From an uncultured Candidatus Saccharibacteria bacterium (GTDB lineage Bacteria > Patescibacteriota > Saccharimonadia > Saccharimonadales > CAIOMD01): a DNA stretch of 64,000 bases. Made by a program: the position numbers and the translations under genes. Below are positions 47,014 through 58,218 of the stretch, piece after piece. Under the pieces are notes generated by a model. The model was not told the origin of the DNA. It was given only the letters and a program-made list of their open reading frames with translations, and ran no database searches. Each line of letters begins with the position of its first letter. Positions within the stretch are counted from its first letter, which is position 1. The stretch is from positions 830-64,829 of the forward strand of contig OY970318.1 in assembly GCA_963716565.1 (NCBI GenBank), read 5' to 3'.

Positions 47014-47426
47014 CCCAGTATAATAATTTATTAGGACTAGACATTGGCGAGCGCAGAATAGGGGTAGCCAGAGTTAATTTAGTGGCGCGTTTGCCCCAAG
47101 CTCTTATGACGTTAATTAATGACGATTCATTTGTTAATAAACTTAAAGATTTGATAAAACAACATCAAATAGATGCTTTGGTAGTTGGCTTGCCGCGCAA
47201 CCTTAAAGGTGAAGAAACTGCCCAAAGTAGCTACACTAGGCAATTCAGTAAAGATAAATTAGCTGGTATTGGTTTGCCAATTATCTGGCAAGACGAAACG
47301 CTTAGTTCGGTAGCCGCAGCCGAAGATATGAACAAACGTAAGCAAAAATCAGATAATATTGATGCTTTGGCGGCCGAAATTATTTTAGATGATTATTTAA
47401 GTGCTAATCGCAAAGGGGGCTCATGA
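47010..47426 (+). CDS. ruvX: YqgF/RuvX-family pre-16S rRNA nuclease (putative Holliday junction resolvase)
   Basis: Motifs are LLGLDIGERRIGVA, VVGLPRNL.GEET and DETLSS. ATG 47010 overlaps the previous stop. Confidence 0.85.
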   Translation: MTQYNNLLGLDIGERRIGVARVNLVARLPQALMTLINDDSFVNKLKDLIKQHQIDALVVGLPRNLKGEETAQSSYTRQFSKDKLAGIGLPIIWQDETLSSVAAAEDMNKRKQKSDNIDALAAEIILDDYLSANRKGGS

Positions 47427-48490
47427 AGTTCGAAATTAATAAACCCAAACCCAAGATTCGTTTAAGAACAATCTTATTAGTAACCGGTTTAAGTTTGGTA
47501 TTTATTGGTTGCGTTTTAACGGCCAGTTTAAAATATTGGTACGAATCTAATTTAAAACCACTAAGCCAACAATATTCCGAAGTACTGGTAAATATCCCAC
47601 AAGGCTACGCTATGGCTCAAATAGCTGATCTGTTGCAAGAAAAGGGAATTATTAAATCTGATACGGCCTTTGAATGGTATGTTCGATTTGCTAAGTTGCG
47701 CAACGGTTTGCAGGCTGGCGAATATAAATTAAGCCCCAGTTATTCGGCCAAAGAGATTGCCAACAAGATTGGCAACGGCGAAGTTAATACCTCGCTATTT
47801 ACTATACTGCCAGCTCAACGGCTAGACCAAATTCAAAAATCTTTTGCCAGTGCCGGCTACACCCAGCCCGAAATCGATGCCGCCTTTAACCCAGCACTTT
47901 ATACTAACCATCCCGCACTAGTTACCAAACCTGCCGAAGCTAGCCTAGAGGGTTATTTGTACCCAGAAACATTCCAGATAACTGCGTCAACATCGTTAGC
48001 CGAGATTATAGAGCTATCGCTGGATCAAATGGATATAGCTTTAACGGCCGACATTGTTAGCGGCTTTCAGCAGCAGGGTTTAACTATCTACCAAGGTATC
48101 ACCCTAGCCTCAATTGTTGAGCAGGAAGCTTCTAGTGCCACCGACCGTAAGATGGTAGCCGGGGTATTTTTGAATCGTCTTAGGGCTGGTATATCTTTAG
48201 GCTCAGATGTGACCTACCGCTACATAGCGGCTATTACCGGCCAGGATCCAACGCCATTTATTGATTCCCCCTATAACACTCGCATGTATAGCGGTCTGCC
48301 CCCTGGGCCAATTAGCAACATGTCTAGCAGTTCGTTAGAAGCGGTGGCTAATCCAACGGCCAGTGATTATCTATTTTTTGTAGCTGGTGACCCAGTAAAC
48401 GGTGTGAGCACAATCTACTATTCCAAGACTCAAGCCGAGCACGAAGCTCTTGCTAGGCAATACTGTCAAATACTCTGTAGTACGTATTAG
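47423..48490 (+). CDS. mltG: Endolytic murein transglycosylase MltG (YceG-like)
   Basis: There is an N-terminal TM segment. Motifs are I.IP.G.....IA..L...G.I, LASIVEQEA and SGLPPGPISN. Confidence 0.85.
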   Translation: MKFEINKPKPKIRLRTILLVTGLSLVFIGCVLTASLKYWYESNLKPLSQQYSEVLVNIPQGYAMAQIADLLQEKGIIKSDTAFEWYVRFAKLRNGLQAGEYKLSPSYSAKEIANKIGNGEVNTSLFTILPAQRLDQIQKSFASAGYTQPEIDAAFNPALYTNHPALVTKPAEASLEGYLYPETFQITASTSLAEIIELSLDQMDIALTADIVSGFQQQGLTIYQGITLASIVEQEASSATDRKMVAGVFLNRLRAGISLGSDVTYRYIAAITGQDPTPFIDSPYNTRMYSGLPPGPISNMSSSSLEAVANPTASDYLFFVAGDPVNGVSTIYYSKTQAEHEALARQYCQILCSTY

Positions 48491-48913
48491 ATTAGCCGTT
48501 AGATAAAGGCGTTAAAATTTCTGTATGCTGTCGTTCGGTGTCTAGCGCTTGCTCAAGGTGTTAAAAAGCTGTTGCCAGGTTGACTTTAAGCCTATTTTTA
48601 GCTAAACTTGACATTACGGTTTCTTATGATTAACGTGCCGATTTTGCTTAAGATGAGTTAATTAAAGAACCTGTCGCGACTACTAAATTTTGCATTTTTT
48701 TAAAAGCAAAAAAGAAAATTTAAACGGTAGTGTCAGCGAGTGGCGGCCTAAGTATCGCCAGGAGCTTGTATCAGAAAGTTTTTTAAGAAGCGCCAGAGGA
48801 ATAAGGTAGAAGAAAGTGGCCTACCTTGGGCTTTTAGTAACGTTAGCGCTTTATATAACGACCGCGTTAAAATCTCTCATAAAATTAAGAGGTTCTTTTC
48901 GAAGCGTGGTTTT

Positions 48914-49891
48914 TTGCTAGCTAACTTAACTCTGATAGTTGTCGTTGTTGGTGTCGTTTGGCTTGGCCAGGGTACGATTCAAAAATCTATTAATCTGTCG
49001 TTTATAACCAATACCAGCAATAACCAATCAACGGTTCCTTTAGATGTTATTTCTTCGGCCGAAATCGCCGCTAATATTGCTGCAGTCACCAGTTTGCCCG
49101 AAGCGGTTGCTGTGACCAACCAGGCCGACTCTCTAGAGATTTACTTAGCCAACTCTATCAAAATCGATCAAGCCATTATATCTAAGCCGCAAATTGTCAC
49201 CGGTGGTACTAAATCCCGCAAAGATATAATTACTTATATTTCTGTCTCTGGCGATACAGTTAGTTCGTTGGCGGCAAAATATGGTGTTACGTCTGATAGC
49301 ATAAGGTGGTCTAACGGGCTTTATAGCAACTATGTAGCAATTGGTACCGAACTTAGAATACCGCCAGTTAACGGCATCGTATATAAGGTGCGAAGCGGCG
49401 ACACACTAGATTCTTTGGCTTCCAGATTTCAAGTTAACAAAGAAGTAATTGTGGCTTTTAACGACATCGAAATCAGCGGTTTACCGGTGGGCGAGTATAT
49501 TGTTATACCCAACGGCACACAGGCCTATTATGCCACTAGCTGGATTAGCTACAGCTACACCCCGCAGTGGGCCGGCAACGGTTATTATTACGGCTATTGT
49601 ACTTATTATGCCGCTACCAAGGTAGCAGTGCCAAGCAACTGGGGCAATGCCAATACTTGGGATGATTATGCTCGGCTTAGTGGCTGGATAGTTAGCTCAA
49701 CGCCGGTAGTCGGTGCCATTGCCCAGAGTGATGCTATGAGCTACTGGGGCCACGTGGCCTACGTAGAAGAAGTCTCAAGCGATGGCTTGATGATACGTTA
49801 TAGCGATATGAACGCTTTATGTGGCTGGGGCTGTGTTGGCTACAGCGGCTGGGTGCCAATTAACTTTTACCAGAATTATATTTACAGATAA
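48914..49891 (+). CDS. LysM x2 - CHAP peptidoglycan hydrolase
   Basis: There are two LysM-like repeats (YISVSGDTVSSLAAKYGV... and YKVRSGDTLDSLASRFQV...). The CHAP-like C-terminus has GYCTYYAA and GHVAYVEEV. The start is a TTG and is uncertain. Confidence 0.8.
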   Translation: MLANLTLIVVVVGVVWLGQGTIQKSINLSFITNTSNNQSTVPLDVISSAEIAANIAAVTSLPEAVAVTNQADSLEIYLANSIKIDQAIISKPQIVTGGTKSRKDIITYISVSGDTVSSLAAKYGVTSDSIRWSNGLYSNYVAIGTELRIPPVNGIVYKVRSGDTLDSLASRFQVNKEVIVAFNDIEISGLPVGEYIVIPNGTQAYYATSWISYSYTPQWAGNGYYYGYCTYYAATKVAVPSNWGNANTWDDYARLSGWIVSSTPVVGAIAQSDAMSYWGHVAYVEEVSSDGLMIRYSDMNALCGWGCVGYSGWVPINFYQNYIYR

Positions 49892-49941
49892 CCTTGTTTT
49901 TGAAGATTATAGAATTGAAAAATTCTTTAATTATTACTTAA

Positions 49942-51261
<1,320 letters not shown>

Positions 51262-51284
51262 CTCGTGGTATGCTGTTAGTACAG

Positions 51285-52727
51285 ATGTCCAATAGCTTTT
51301 ATTTTTACGATTTAGAAACTAGCGGTATCAGCGCACGTAATGCTCGCATTATGCAATTTGCTGGCCAGCGTACTGACTTAGACTTAAAACCAATCGGCGA
51401 ACCCGAAACTTTTTATATTAAAATTACCCCAGATGTTTTGCCCGACCCAGAAGCTATTTTGCTTACCGGCATAACTCCTCAAAAGACCTTACTGGATGGC
51501 ATCACCGAAGCCGAATTTTTAAAGTATTTTTACGATAAAATCGCTACACAGGGTACCATTTTTACGGGCTTTAATAGCATTCGTTTTGATGATGAATTTG
51601 TTCGCTTTTTAAACTACCGCAACTTTTGGGATGCCTACGAGTGGCAATGGCAGGGTAGCAAAAGCAAATGGGATATTTTAGATGTTAGCCGTATGACCCG
51701 CGGGCTGAGGCCAGAAGGTATTGTTTGGCCATTTGATTCTAATGGCAAACCCAGCAACAAGCTAGAACTGTTAGCCAAAGTTAATAAGCTAAATCATACC
51801 CAAGCTCACGACGCCGCCAGTGATGTACAAGCTACTATTGCCGTAGCCAAACTAATTAAGCAAAAACAACCCAAGCTGTTTGATTATTTATTAACCATGC
51901 GCGATAAAAAGCGCATAGAAGAACTAGTGCAAAAGCCCGAACCATTTGTTTATACCTCTGGGCGCTACAATGGCGAATTCGAAAGAACTACCGTGGCCAT
52001 TACTTTGACTAATCATCCCACCCAAAAAGGAGCCGTTTTTGTTTACGACTTAAGGGTTGACCCAGCCAAGTGGGCCAAAAAAACACCTAAAGAATTGGCT
52101 GAATATTTAGCTAAATTTAAGTACGAAGAGAATGAGGAACGTCTGCCGGTAAAGCAATTGCAATTTAACCGTTGCCCAGCCGTAGCGCCGTTAACGGTGT
52201 TAGATGAAGCCAGCCAAAAGCGCCTAAAGCTAGATTTAAAAATGGTAGACAAAAACCTAAAGAGTTTGCTAAGTTTTAGTGATCTTGGCAAAAATCTGCA
52301 AGAAGCTATAAAGCTTAACGAACAGCAAAAACAATCTGCTTTAATAATTGATATAGAAGACGTCGATAGTCAGCTTTACGATGGCTTTTTTAACGATGAC
52401 GACAAAGACAAAATGCAAGTTGTGCGCCAGGCCAACCAAGACACTTTGGCCGATTTGCACTTAGCCTTTAACGACGGCCGTTTAGAAAAACTGCTGCTGT
52501 TGTATAAAGCCCGCCAGTTTCCTAAAAGTTTAAGTGCCGACGAGCAAAAACAGTGGCAAGATTATTGCCAGCACAAGTTGTTAGCCGGTGGCGACCAAAG
52601 CCAATTTGCTATGTATATAAATAAGCTCAACGAGCTATCTGTAAAAGAAGATTTAAGCGACCAGCAGCGCTATTTGTTAGAAGAATTAAAATTCTACGCC
52701 GAAAGCATTATGCCCTATGAAAATTAA
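51285..52727 (+). CDS. sbcB: Exodeoxyribonuclease I
   Basis: Motifs are FYFYDLETSG, RIMQFAGQRTD, GFNSIRFDDEF.R, W...D.LDV.R....LRPEGI.WP and AHDA.SDV.ATIA.AKL. The protein aligns by eye with E. coli ExoI along its length. Confidence 0.85.
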   Translation: MSNSFYFYDLETSGISARNARIMQFAGQRTDLDLKPIGEPETFYIKITPDVLPDPEAILLTGITPQKTLLDGITEAEFLKYFYDKIATQGTIFTGFNSIRFDDEFVRFLNYRNFWDAYEWQWQGSKSKWDILDVSRMTRGLRPEGIVWPFDSNGKPSNKLELLAKVNKLNHTQAHDAASDVQATIAVAKLIKQKQPKLFDYLLTMRDKKRIEELVQKPEPFVYTSGRYNGEFERTTVAITLTNHPTQKGAVFVYDLRVDPAKWAKKTPKELAEYLAKFKYEENEERLPVKQLQFNRCPAVAPLTVLDEASQKRLKLDLKMVDKNLKSLLSFSDLGKNLQEAIKLNEQQKQSALIIDIEDVDSQLYDGFFNDDDKDKMQVVRQANQDTLADLHLAFNDGRLEKLLLLYKARQFPKSLSADEQKQWQDYCQHKLLAGGDQSQFAMYINKLNELSVKEDLSDQQRYLLEELKFYAESIMPYEN

Positions 52728-53014
52728 AGGGCAATAAGATTGATATAAGCCAGCTTGGTGGCTAATTGGCGTTCGGGTGTTAGCTTATTGATAATTCTTT
52801 GAGCTTTAAGATATAGATGAAAAACGCCGTAGACGGCTAACCCTAGCCAAAGTACAAAAACAATATCAGCAAAGTTAATCTGGTAATTAGTGCCGGGCAC
52901 GATGCCCAGCATAATGAATTTTACAAAAACATCGTCGAATTTAATTGCACTGATAGCACCGGCCAAAGATAACATTGGCCAAACAAAGTCATAAATGCCG
53001 CAAAGCCACCACAT
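52724..53014 (-). CDS. Small hydrophobic protein (96 aa)
   Basis: The ORF has two to three hydrophobic segments. No motif was recognised. Confidence 0.4.
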   Translation of the reverse strand: MWWLCGIYDFVWPMLSLAGAISAIKFDDVFVKFIMLGIVPGTNYQINFADIVFVLWLGLAVYGVFHLYLKAQRIINKLTPERQLATKLAYINLIAL

Positions 53015-53138
53015 AATAGGTTAATTATACAACAGAGTAGGCAAAAAAGCAATTATCTTGCACAATAGTCAGTAACCACGGGCTAATCACGAGTACACTA
53101 GAAAAACTTCTTAAAATGTGCTAAAATCACTGCTCGTT

Positions 53139-55949
53139 ATGGCAGATTTTATTAGCATTAGGGGAGCGCGCGAACATAATCTAAAAGATGTTAGTTTAGA
53201 GTTGCCGCGCAACCAGCTAATTGTTATTACTGGTTTATCTGGCTCGGGTAAATCATCACTTGCTTTCGACACTATTTATGCCGAAGGCCAACGCCGCTAC
53301 GTAGAAAGTTTAAGTAGCTACGCTCGCCAATTCTTAGGGTTAATGGACAAGCCAGATGTAGACCAAATTGACGGTCTTTCGCCCGCAATTTCTATAGACC
53401 AACGCTCTACCAGCCGCAACCCGCGCTCTACCGTGGCCACTGTTACCGAAATTTACGATTACTTACGCTTATTATTCGCCCGTATTGGCATTCCACACTG
53501 CCCAGTTTGCGGTAAAGAAGTTAGCCGCCAAACTCAAACGGTTATTGTTGATCAAATCGCCAAAGATATGGCTAAGGCCAAAATTATGGTGCTAGCGCCA
53601 ATTGTAATAGATAAAAAAGGCGCTTTTGAACATATTCCAGAACGCTACCAAAAAGCCGGTTTTAGCCGGGTTAGGGTAGACGGCGTAGTTTATTCTTTAG
53701 ATGAATTCCCCGAACTAGATAAAGCCCTGCGCCACAAAATTGACATTGTAGTAGACCGCCTAGTAGTAGACGGTGATAACTTTAATCGTCTAAGTCAATC
53801 GGTAGAACAAGCCTTAGACTTGGCCGAAGGGCTAGTTACCGTTGTTAATGCCGATGATAATAGTGAACGTGGCTATTCCTTGCTGTACGCTTGCCCCGAT
53901 CACCCCGACGTTACCATACCCGAACTAGAACCGCGCAATTTTAGTTTTAACTCACCGCACGGTGCTTGCCCGGTTTGTACTGGTTTGGGCAATCGCCTAG
54001 AAGTAGACCCAAGCTTGGTTATTCCCAATGGCCGGCTAACTATTGCCGAAGGCGCTATTAGGCCGTGGAACCGCATTCGTATGGATAGCTGGTATGTAAA
54101 AAAGGTAGAAGTTATGGCCGAGGCCAACGGTTTTAGCGTGCATGTACCAACCGGCCAGCTAACCCCAGAACAACTAAAAATGGTGCTTTATGGCACTGGT
54201 GACAAAGTTTATGACGTGCCCCTAGGTGGTGGCCGTAGTTACGAAACTACTTTTGAAGGAGTTATTCCTAACCTAGAGCGCCGTTATAAAGAAACCGAAA
54301 GCGACTTTATTCGCCGCGATATTGAGCGTTTTATGCAAGAATTGCCCTGCACAGCCTGCCAGGGCAAACGCTTAAAGCCCGAAATCTTAGCCGTCACAGT
54401 AGCTAATTTATCTATTATAGACATTTGTGAACTATCTATTGACGATGCTGCCGAACTGTTTAAGAGCCTAAAACTTAACCCTACCGAAACCACTATTGCC
54501 AAGCAAATCTTAAAAGAAATCAGTGCCCGACTAAGTTTTATGCAAGACGTGGGCTTAAATTATTTAAGCCTAACACGCGCCGCCAACACTTTAAGCGGCG
54601 GTGAAGCCCAACGCATTCGTCTAGCTACCCAAATTGGTTCTGGCCTGATGGGCGTTTTATATGTTTTAGATGAGCCATCTATTGGCTTGCACCAACGCGA
54701 CAATGCTAGGTTAATAGCGACGCTTAAAAAACTGCGCGATTTAGGCAATACTGTAATTGTGGTAGAGCACGACGAAGAAACCATCCGTAGCGCCGACCAT
54801 TTGGTAGATATTGGCCCAGGCGCCGGTATCCATGGTGGGCACGTCATTGCTCAAGGCACACCGGCAGAAGTAGCTAAAGTTCCAGCCAGCATTACTGGCC
54901 AATATTTAAGCCACGTACAAAAAATTGTCGTGCCGGCCAAGCGTCGTAAATCCAACGGCAAAGAGTTAATTATTCGGGGTGCCCAAGAGCATAATTTAAA
55001 GAACATCGACGTTACAATTCCGCTGGGCCAGTTAGTGGTAGTTAGCGGTGTTAGCGGTTCGGGTAAATCTAGTCTAATAAACGACATCTTGGCCAGGGAA
55101 TTAGCCAGCAAATTGCAACGAGCCAATACCATACCTGGCAAGCATGATGTGGTAGAGGGTGTTAACCAGCTAGACAAAGTTATTGTTATAGACCAGTCGC
55201 CAATTGGCCGCACGCCACGCAGCAATCCGGCAACTTATACTGGTTTGTTCGGCCCAATCCGCGAATTATACGCTGCTACACCAGAAGCCAAGATTCGGGG
55301 CTACGGGCCAGGGCGGTTTAGCTTTAACGTACGCGGCGGACGCTGCGAAAACTGCCGTGGCGATGGCATCATAAAGGTAGAAATGCACTTTTTGCCCGAT
55401 GTTTACGTACCCTGCGAAGAATGCAAAGGCCAACGTTACAATCGCGAAGCTTTAGAAATCCACTATAAAGGCAAAAACATTAGCGAAGTTTTAAATATGA
55501 CCTGCGAACAAGCCTTAGACTTCTTTAAAAACATTCCAGCCGTGGCCCGAAGGTTGCAAACTTTAGTAGATGTAGGCTTGGGCTATATAACGCTTGGCCA
55601 ATCGGCTACCACTTTAAGCGGTGGCGAAGCCCAGCGCGTAAAATTAGCTACCGAACTGTCACGCCGTCCAACTGGCCGCACGCTGTATATCCTAGACGAA
55701 CCGACCACTGGCTTGCACATTCATGACGTTAAGAAGTTACTGCAGGTTTTGCGCGCGCTAGTAGACGCCGGTAACTCTATGATTATTATCGAACACAACT
55801 TAGATGTTATAAAATCCGCTGACTACCTAATTGATATGGGTCCCGAAGGCGGCGAGGCTGGTGGGGAAATCGTAGCGACCGGTACACCCGAAGCCGTAGC
55901 CAAAAACTCTAAAAGCTACACCGCCCAATTTCTAAAAAAGATTCTGTAG
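53139..55949 (+). CDS. uvrA: Excinuclease ABC subunit A
   Basis: Motifs are [16 protein letters not shown], two Walker A boxes (GLSGSGKSS and GVSGSGKSS), zinc modules CP.C.G... and C..C.G.G, and two LSGGEAQR signatures. Confidence 0.95.
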   Translation: MADFISIRGAREHNLKDVSLELPRNQLIVITGLSGSGKSSLAFDTIYAEGQRRYVESLSSYARQFLGLMDKPDVDQIDGLSPAISIDQRSTSRNPRSTVATVTEIYDYLRLLFARIGIPHCPVCGKEVSRQTQTVIVDQIAKDMAKAKIMVLAPIVIDKKGAFEHIPERYQKAGFSRVRVDGVVYSLDEFPELDKALRHKIDIVVDRLVVDGDNFNRLSQSVEQALDLAEGLVTVVNADDNSERGYSLLYACPDHPDVTIPELEPRNFSFNSPHGACPVCTGLGNRLEVDPSLVIPNGRLTIAEGAIRPWNRIRMDSWYVKKVEVMAEANGFSVHVPTGQLTPEQLKMVLYGTGDKVYDVPLGGGRSYETTFEGVIPNLERRYKETESDFIRRDIERFMQELPCTACQGKRLKPEILAVTVANLSIIDICELSIDDAAELFKSLKLNPTETTIAKQILKEISARLSFMQDVGLNYLSLTRAANTLSGGEAQRIRLATQIGSGLMGVLYVLDEPSIGLHQRDNARLIATLKKLRDLGNTVIVVEHDEETIRSADHLVDIGPGAGIHGGHVIAQGTPAEVAKVPASITGQYLSHVQKIVVPAKRRKSNGKELIIRGAQEHNLKNIDVTIPLGQLVVVSGVSGSGKSSLINDILARELASKLQRANTIPGKHDVVEGVNQLDKVIVIDQSPIGRTPRSNPATYTGLFGPIRELYAATPEAKIRGYGPGRFSFNVRGGRCENCRGDGIIKVEMHFLPDVYVPCEECKGQRYNREALEIHYKGKNISEVLNMTCEQALDFFKNIPAVARRLQTLVDVGLGYITLGQSATTLSGGEAQRVKLATELSRRPTGRTLYILDEPTTGLHIHDVKKLLQVLRALVDAGNSMIIIEHNLDVIKSADYLIDMGPEGGEAGGEIVATGTPEAVAKNSKSYTAQFLKKIL

Positions 55950-55950
55950 G

Positions 55951-56678
55951 TTATTTCTTAAAAGAGTCTATAAATCTATGCCACTGTTGATGAATGGATT
56001 TTTTCAATTTGGCACGGGATGATGGGTCTTTCCAAATGTGCCAAAAACTAATGGCCACCGTAGAAACCGTGGCCAGAATAACGACTGGTAATATGTATTT
56101 GTCGATGTTAAAGAATTTACCCAAGACTTTACCAGCCCAATAGCCAACCATGGTTACCAAGCCAACCCAAACCGCTCCGCCGATTAGGTTGTAGATTGTA
56201 AACCACTTGTAGTCCATTTTAGCTATGCCGGCTAGCGGTGGCACAATTGTGCGCACAACAGGTATAAAGCGGGCAATTAAGATGGTTTTACCGCCATGTT
56301 TTTTGTAAAAGTTTTGGGCATGGGTGATGTTTTCGGGGTTAAGCAACAAAGCATCCTCGTTTTTAAAGATTCTTGGCCCGCTTTTTTGCCAATTGTATAG
56401 CCCAGCATATTGCCCAGTACCGTACCCAAGAACATCAAACCTAAAACTAGTGCTAAATTAACTCGGCCTTGGGCGGCAAAAAAGCCAGCCGCAAAAAGCA
56501 GGGTATCACCTGGTAAAAAGAAACCAACCAACAAGCCGGTTTCGGCAAACAAAATTAGTGCCAATAGTAGTGGTCCACCAATCTGCAGGGCTCTATCAAT
56601 ATCGATTTCGCGGGTTAACAAGAACGCTACCGCTGCAACAACAACTAACACCAAAAGAATTTTTAAATATTTTTTCAC
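55951..56678 (-). pseudogene. DedA-family membrane protein interrupted by a frameshift at an A6/T6 homopolymer
   Basis: Two overlapping ORFs (56277-56678 and 55951-56349) together read a complete DedA: ...FLPGD...GYTIGKKAG | PRIFKNEDALLLNPENITHAQNFYKKHGGKTILIARFIPVVRT.... The frame switch maps to ggcaaaaaagcggg (T-run 56382-56387 on the plus strand). Confidence 0.75.
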
Positions 56679-56694
56679 GTTAGATTAAATTGTA

Positions 56695-58161
56695 TCACGC
56701 AATGTAAGATAGGCGACCTTCGATCTTAGCGTTTAAATTTTGGTTGTTTCGTAAATATTCTTCTAAAACTTCTTGGGCGGAGGTAGAAACTACCTTTGGC
56801 GGTTCGATTGCTACCAATTCTTCAGGAGTAATATTTAAATAATCTGTGCAGTTATTGTAATGGTAGCCTTGCAGGCAAATTGTATAGGTTGCCTTATCTT
56901 CTACGGGCTTGCCGGCTACCACTAAAGACAATAACTTTTTATCCTTATCGCTGTAGGTGGCCGCTACTCCACTGTTGACTTGGTAGTTTTCGCCTTCGCC
57001 ATCACGGTTTTCGATACGCATAATGTGCTCAAAGATTTTCTTTAACTGAGCTCCGGTAATCTTAAAGCTTGTTAAGCTGTCGTCGTAAGGGAAGCAGGCC
57101 ATAAAATCGCCTAAAGTTACAACTGGCCCTAACTCTTTAACTCGTATTGCACCGCTACCCAAAAAGATTACATCACTGCTGGCAGAGGCAGTAATAGCGT
57201 CCGCTAGGGCATTACCAAGTGGCGTTTCTATCTCGCGTTTGGGGTGAGTTAGTTTTTGAGCAAACTTGGTTAAGATGGTGCTGTATTTGTCGTCTACTTG
57301 CTTTTTAAAAATGCTAATAAACTCTTTTAATTTTTCGTCTGGTTTGGCGATGCCTTCAACAATTGGCACTAACTGCCACTTATATTCAATGATGCTGTTT
57401 GTGTCGTCATCGACCGTAATGTCAAAACGACCAATTTGGTCACTGCCAGTACCAGCTTGAGTAATCAATATTTTATTTACTTCTTCGGGCTTTTCTAAGA
57501 CGGTATGCGAATGACCGCCAATAATCATATCTACTCCCCATTCGGGTTTCAGCATCTTAGCCAAAACGATATCTGAGTCAAAGCCGATATGGGTTAAAAC
57601 GATAGTTAGATCAATGTCATTATTTTTATAGGCATTGCTAATTTTACCAACTTCTTCGAGCGGCATCTTCTAGTGTGATGAATGAACCAACCAGCTTATC
57701 TGACTTAATAGAATCGATTACTTTATCGGTAATAATGCCGGTAAACAGAATCTCAAACCCAGCCTTTTTAATTATTAATAAGGCTGCATCAGGCGTTTAT
57801 TGTATTTTTTAATGTATAGGTTAGCGTTAACGATCGGGAAGTTAGCCATCTTTTCTAAAAACAACAAATGGGGCAGGCCATAATCGAATTCATGGTTGCC
57901 CAAAGACACAACGTCGGGTGCTAGGTAGTTCATAATCTCCATTGTTGATATGCCCTTATATTCGGAATCAATCATCGAACCCTGCACCATATCGCCAGAG
58001 ATTACGTATAATACATTTTCTTCCTCGCTACGAACTTTATTAATATAGCCAGAAAGCAAAGCTAACCCGCCAATCATTTTGGATTTTTTGTCTTTTACTT
58101 CCGCCAAAAAATCGCCGTGCATGTCGTTAGAATGCAAGATCGTAAACTTTTTAGTCTTCAT
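56695..58161 (-). pseudogene. 5'-nucleotidase / calcineurin-like metallophosphoesterase broken into three frames
   Basis: The N-terminal ORF (57775-58161) has ILHSNDMHG, GDMVQG and GNHEFD. The middle piece LLIIKKAGFEILFTGIITDKV...SFITLED reads in another frame. The C-terminal ORF (56695-57666) has LTHIGF and GGHSH. The first shift looks like a single-T loss in ccttatt(t)aataatt near 57776-57780. Confidence 0.75.
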
Positions 58162-58218
58162 AGAATCCTCCTAGTTTGCTGTACTCATTGTAATACCAAA
58201 GAGTAAGTTTTGGCCTAA

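Noticed and set aside
48491-48913. A c-di-AMP (ydaO-type) riboswitch upstream of the LysM-CHAP hydrolase.
   Set aside because: I could not find the conserved G-rich cores (for example GGGGA...CCC or GGUGAAUC-like strings) or the pseudo-twofold architecture. Only weak AT-rich hairpins are present.
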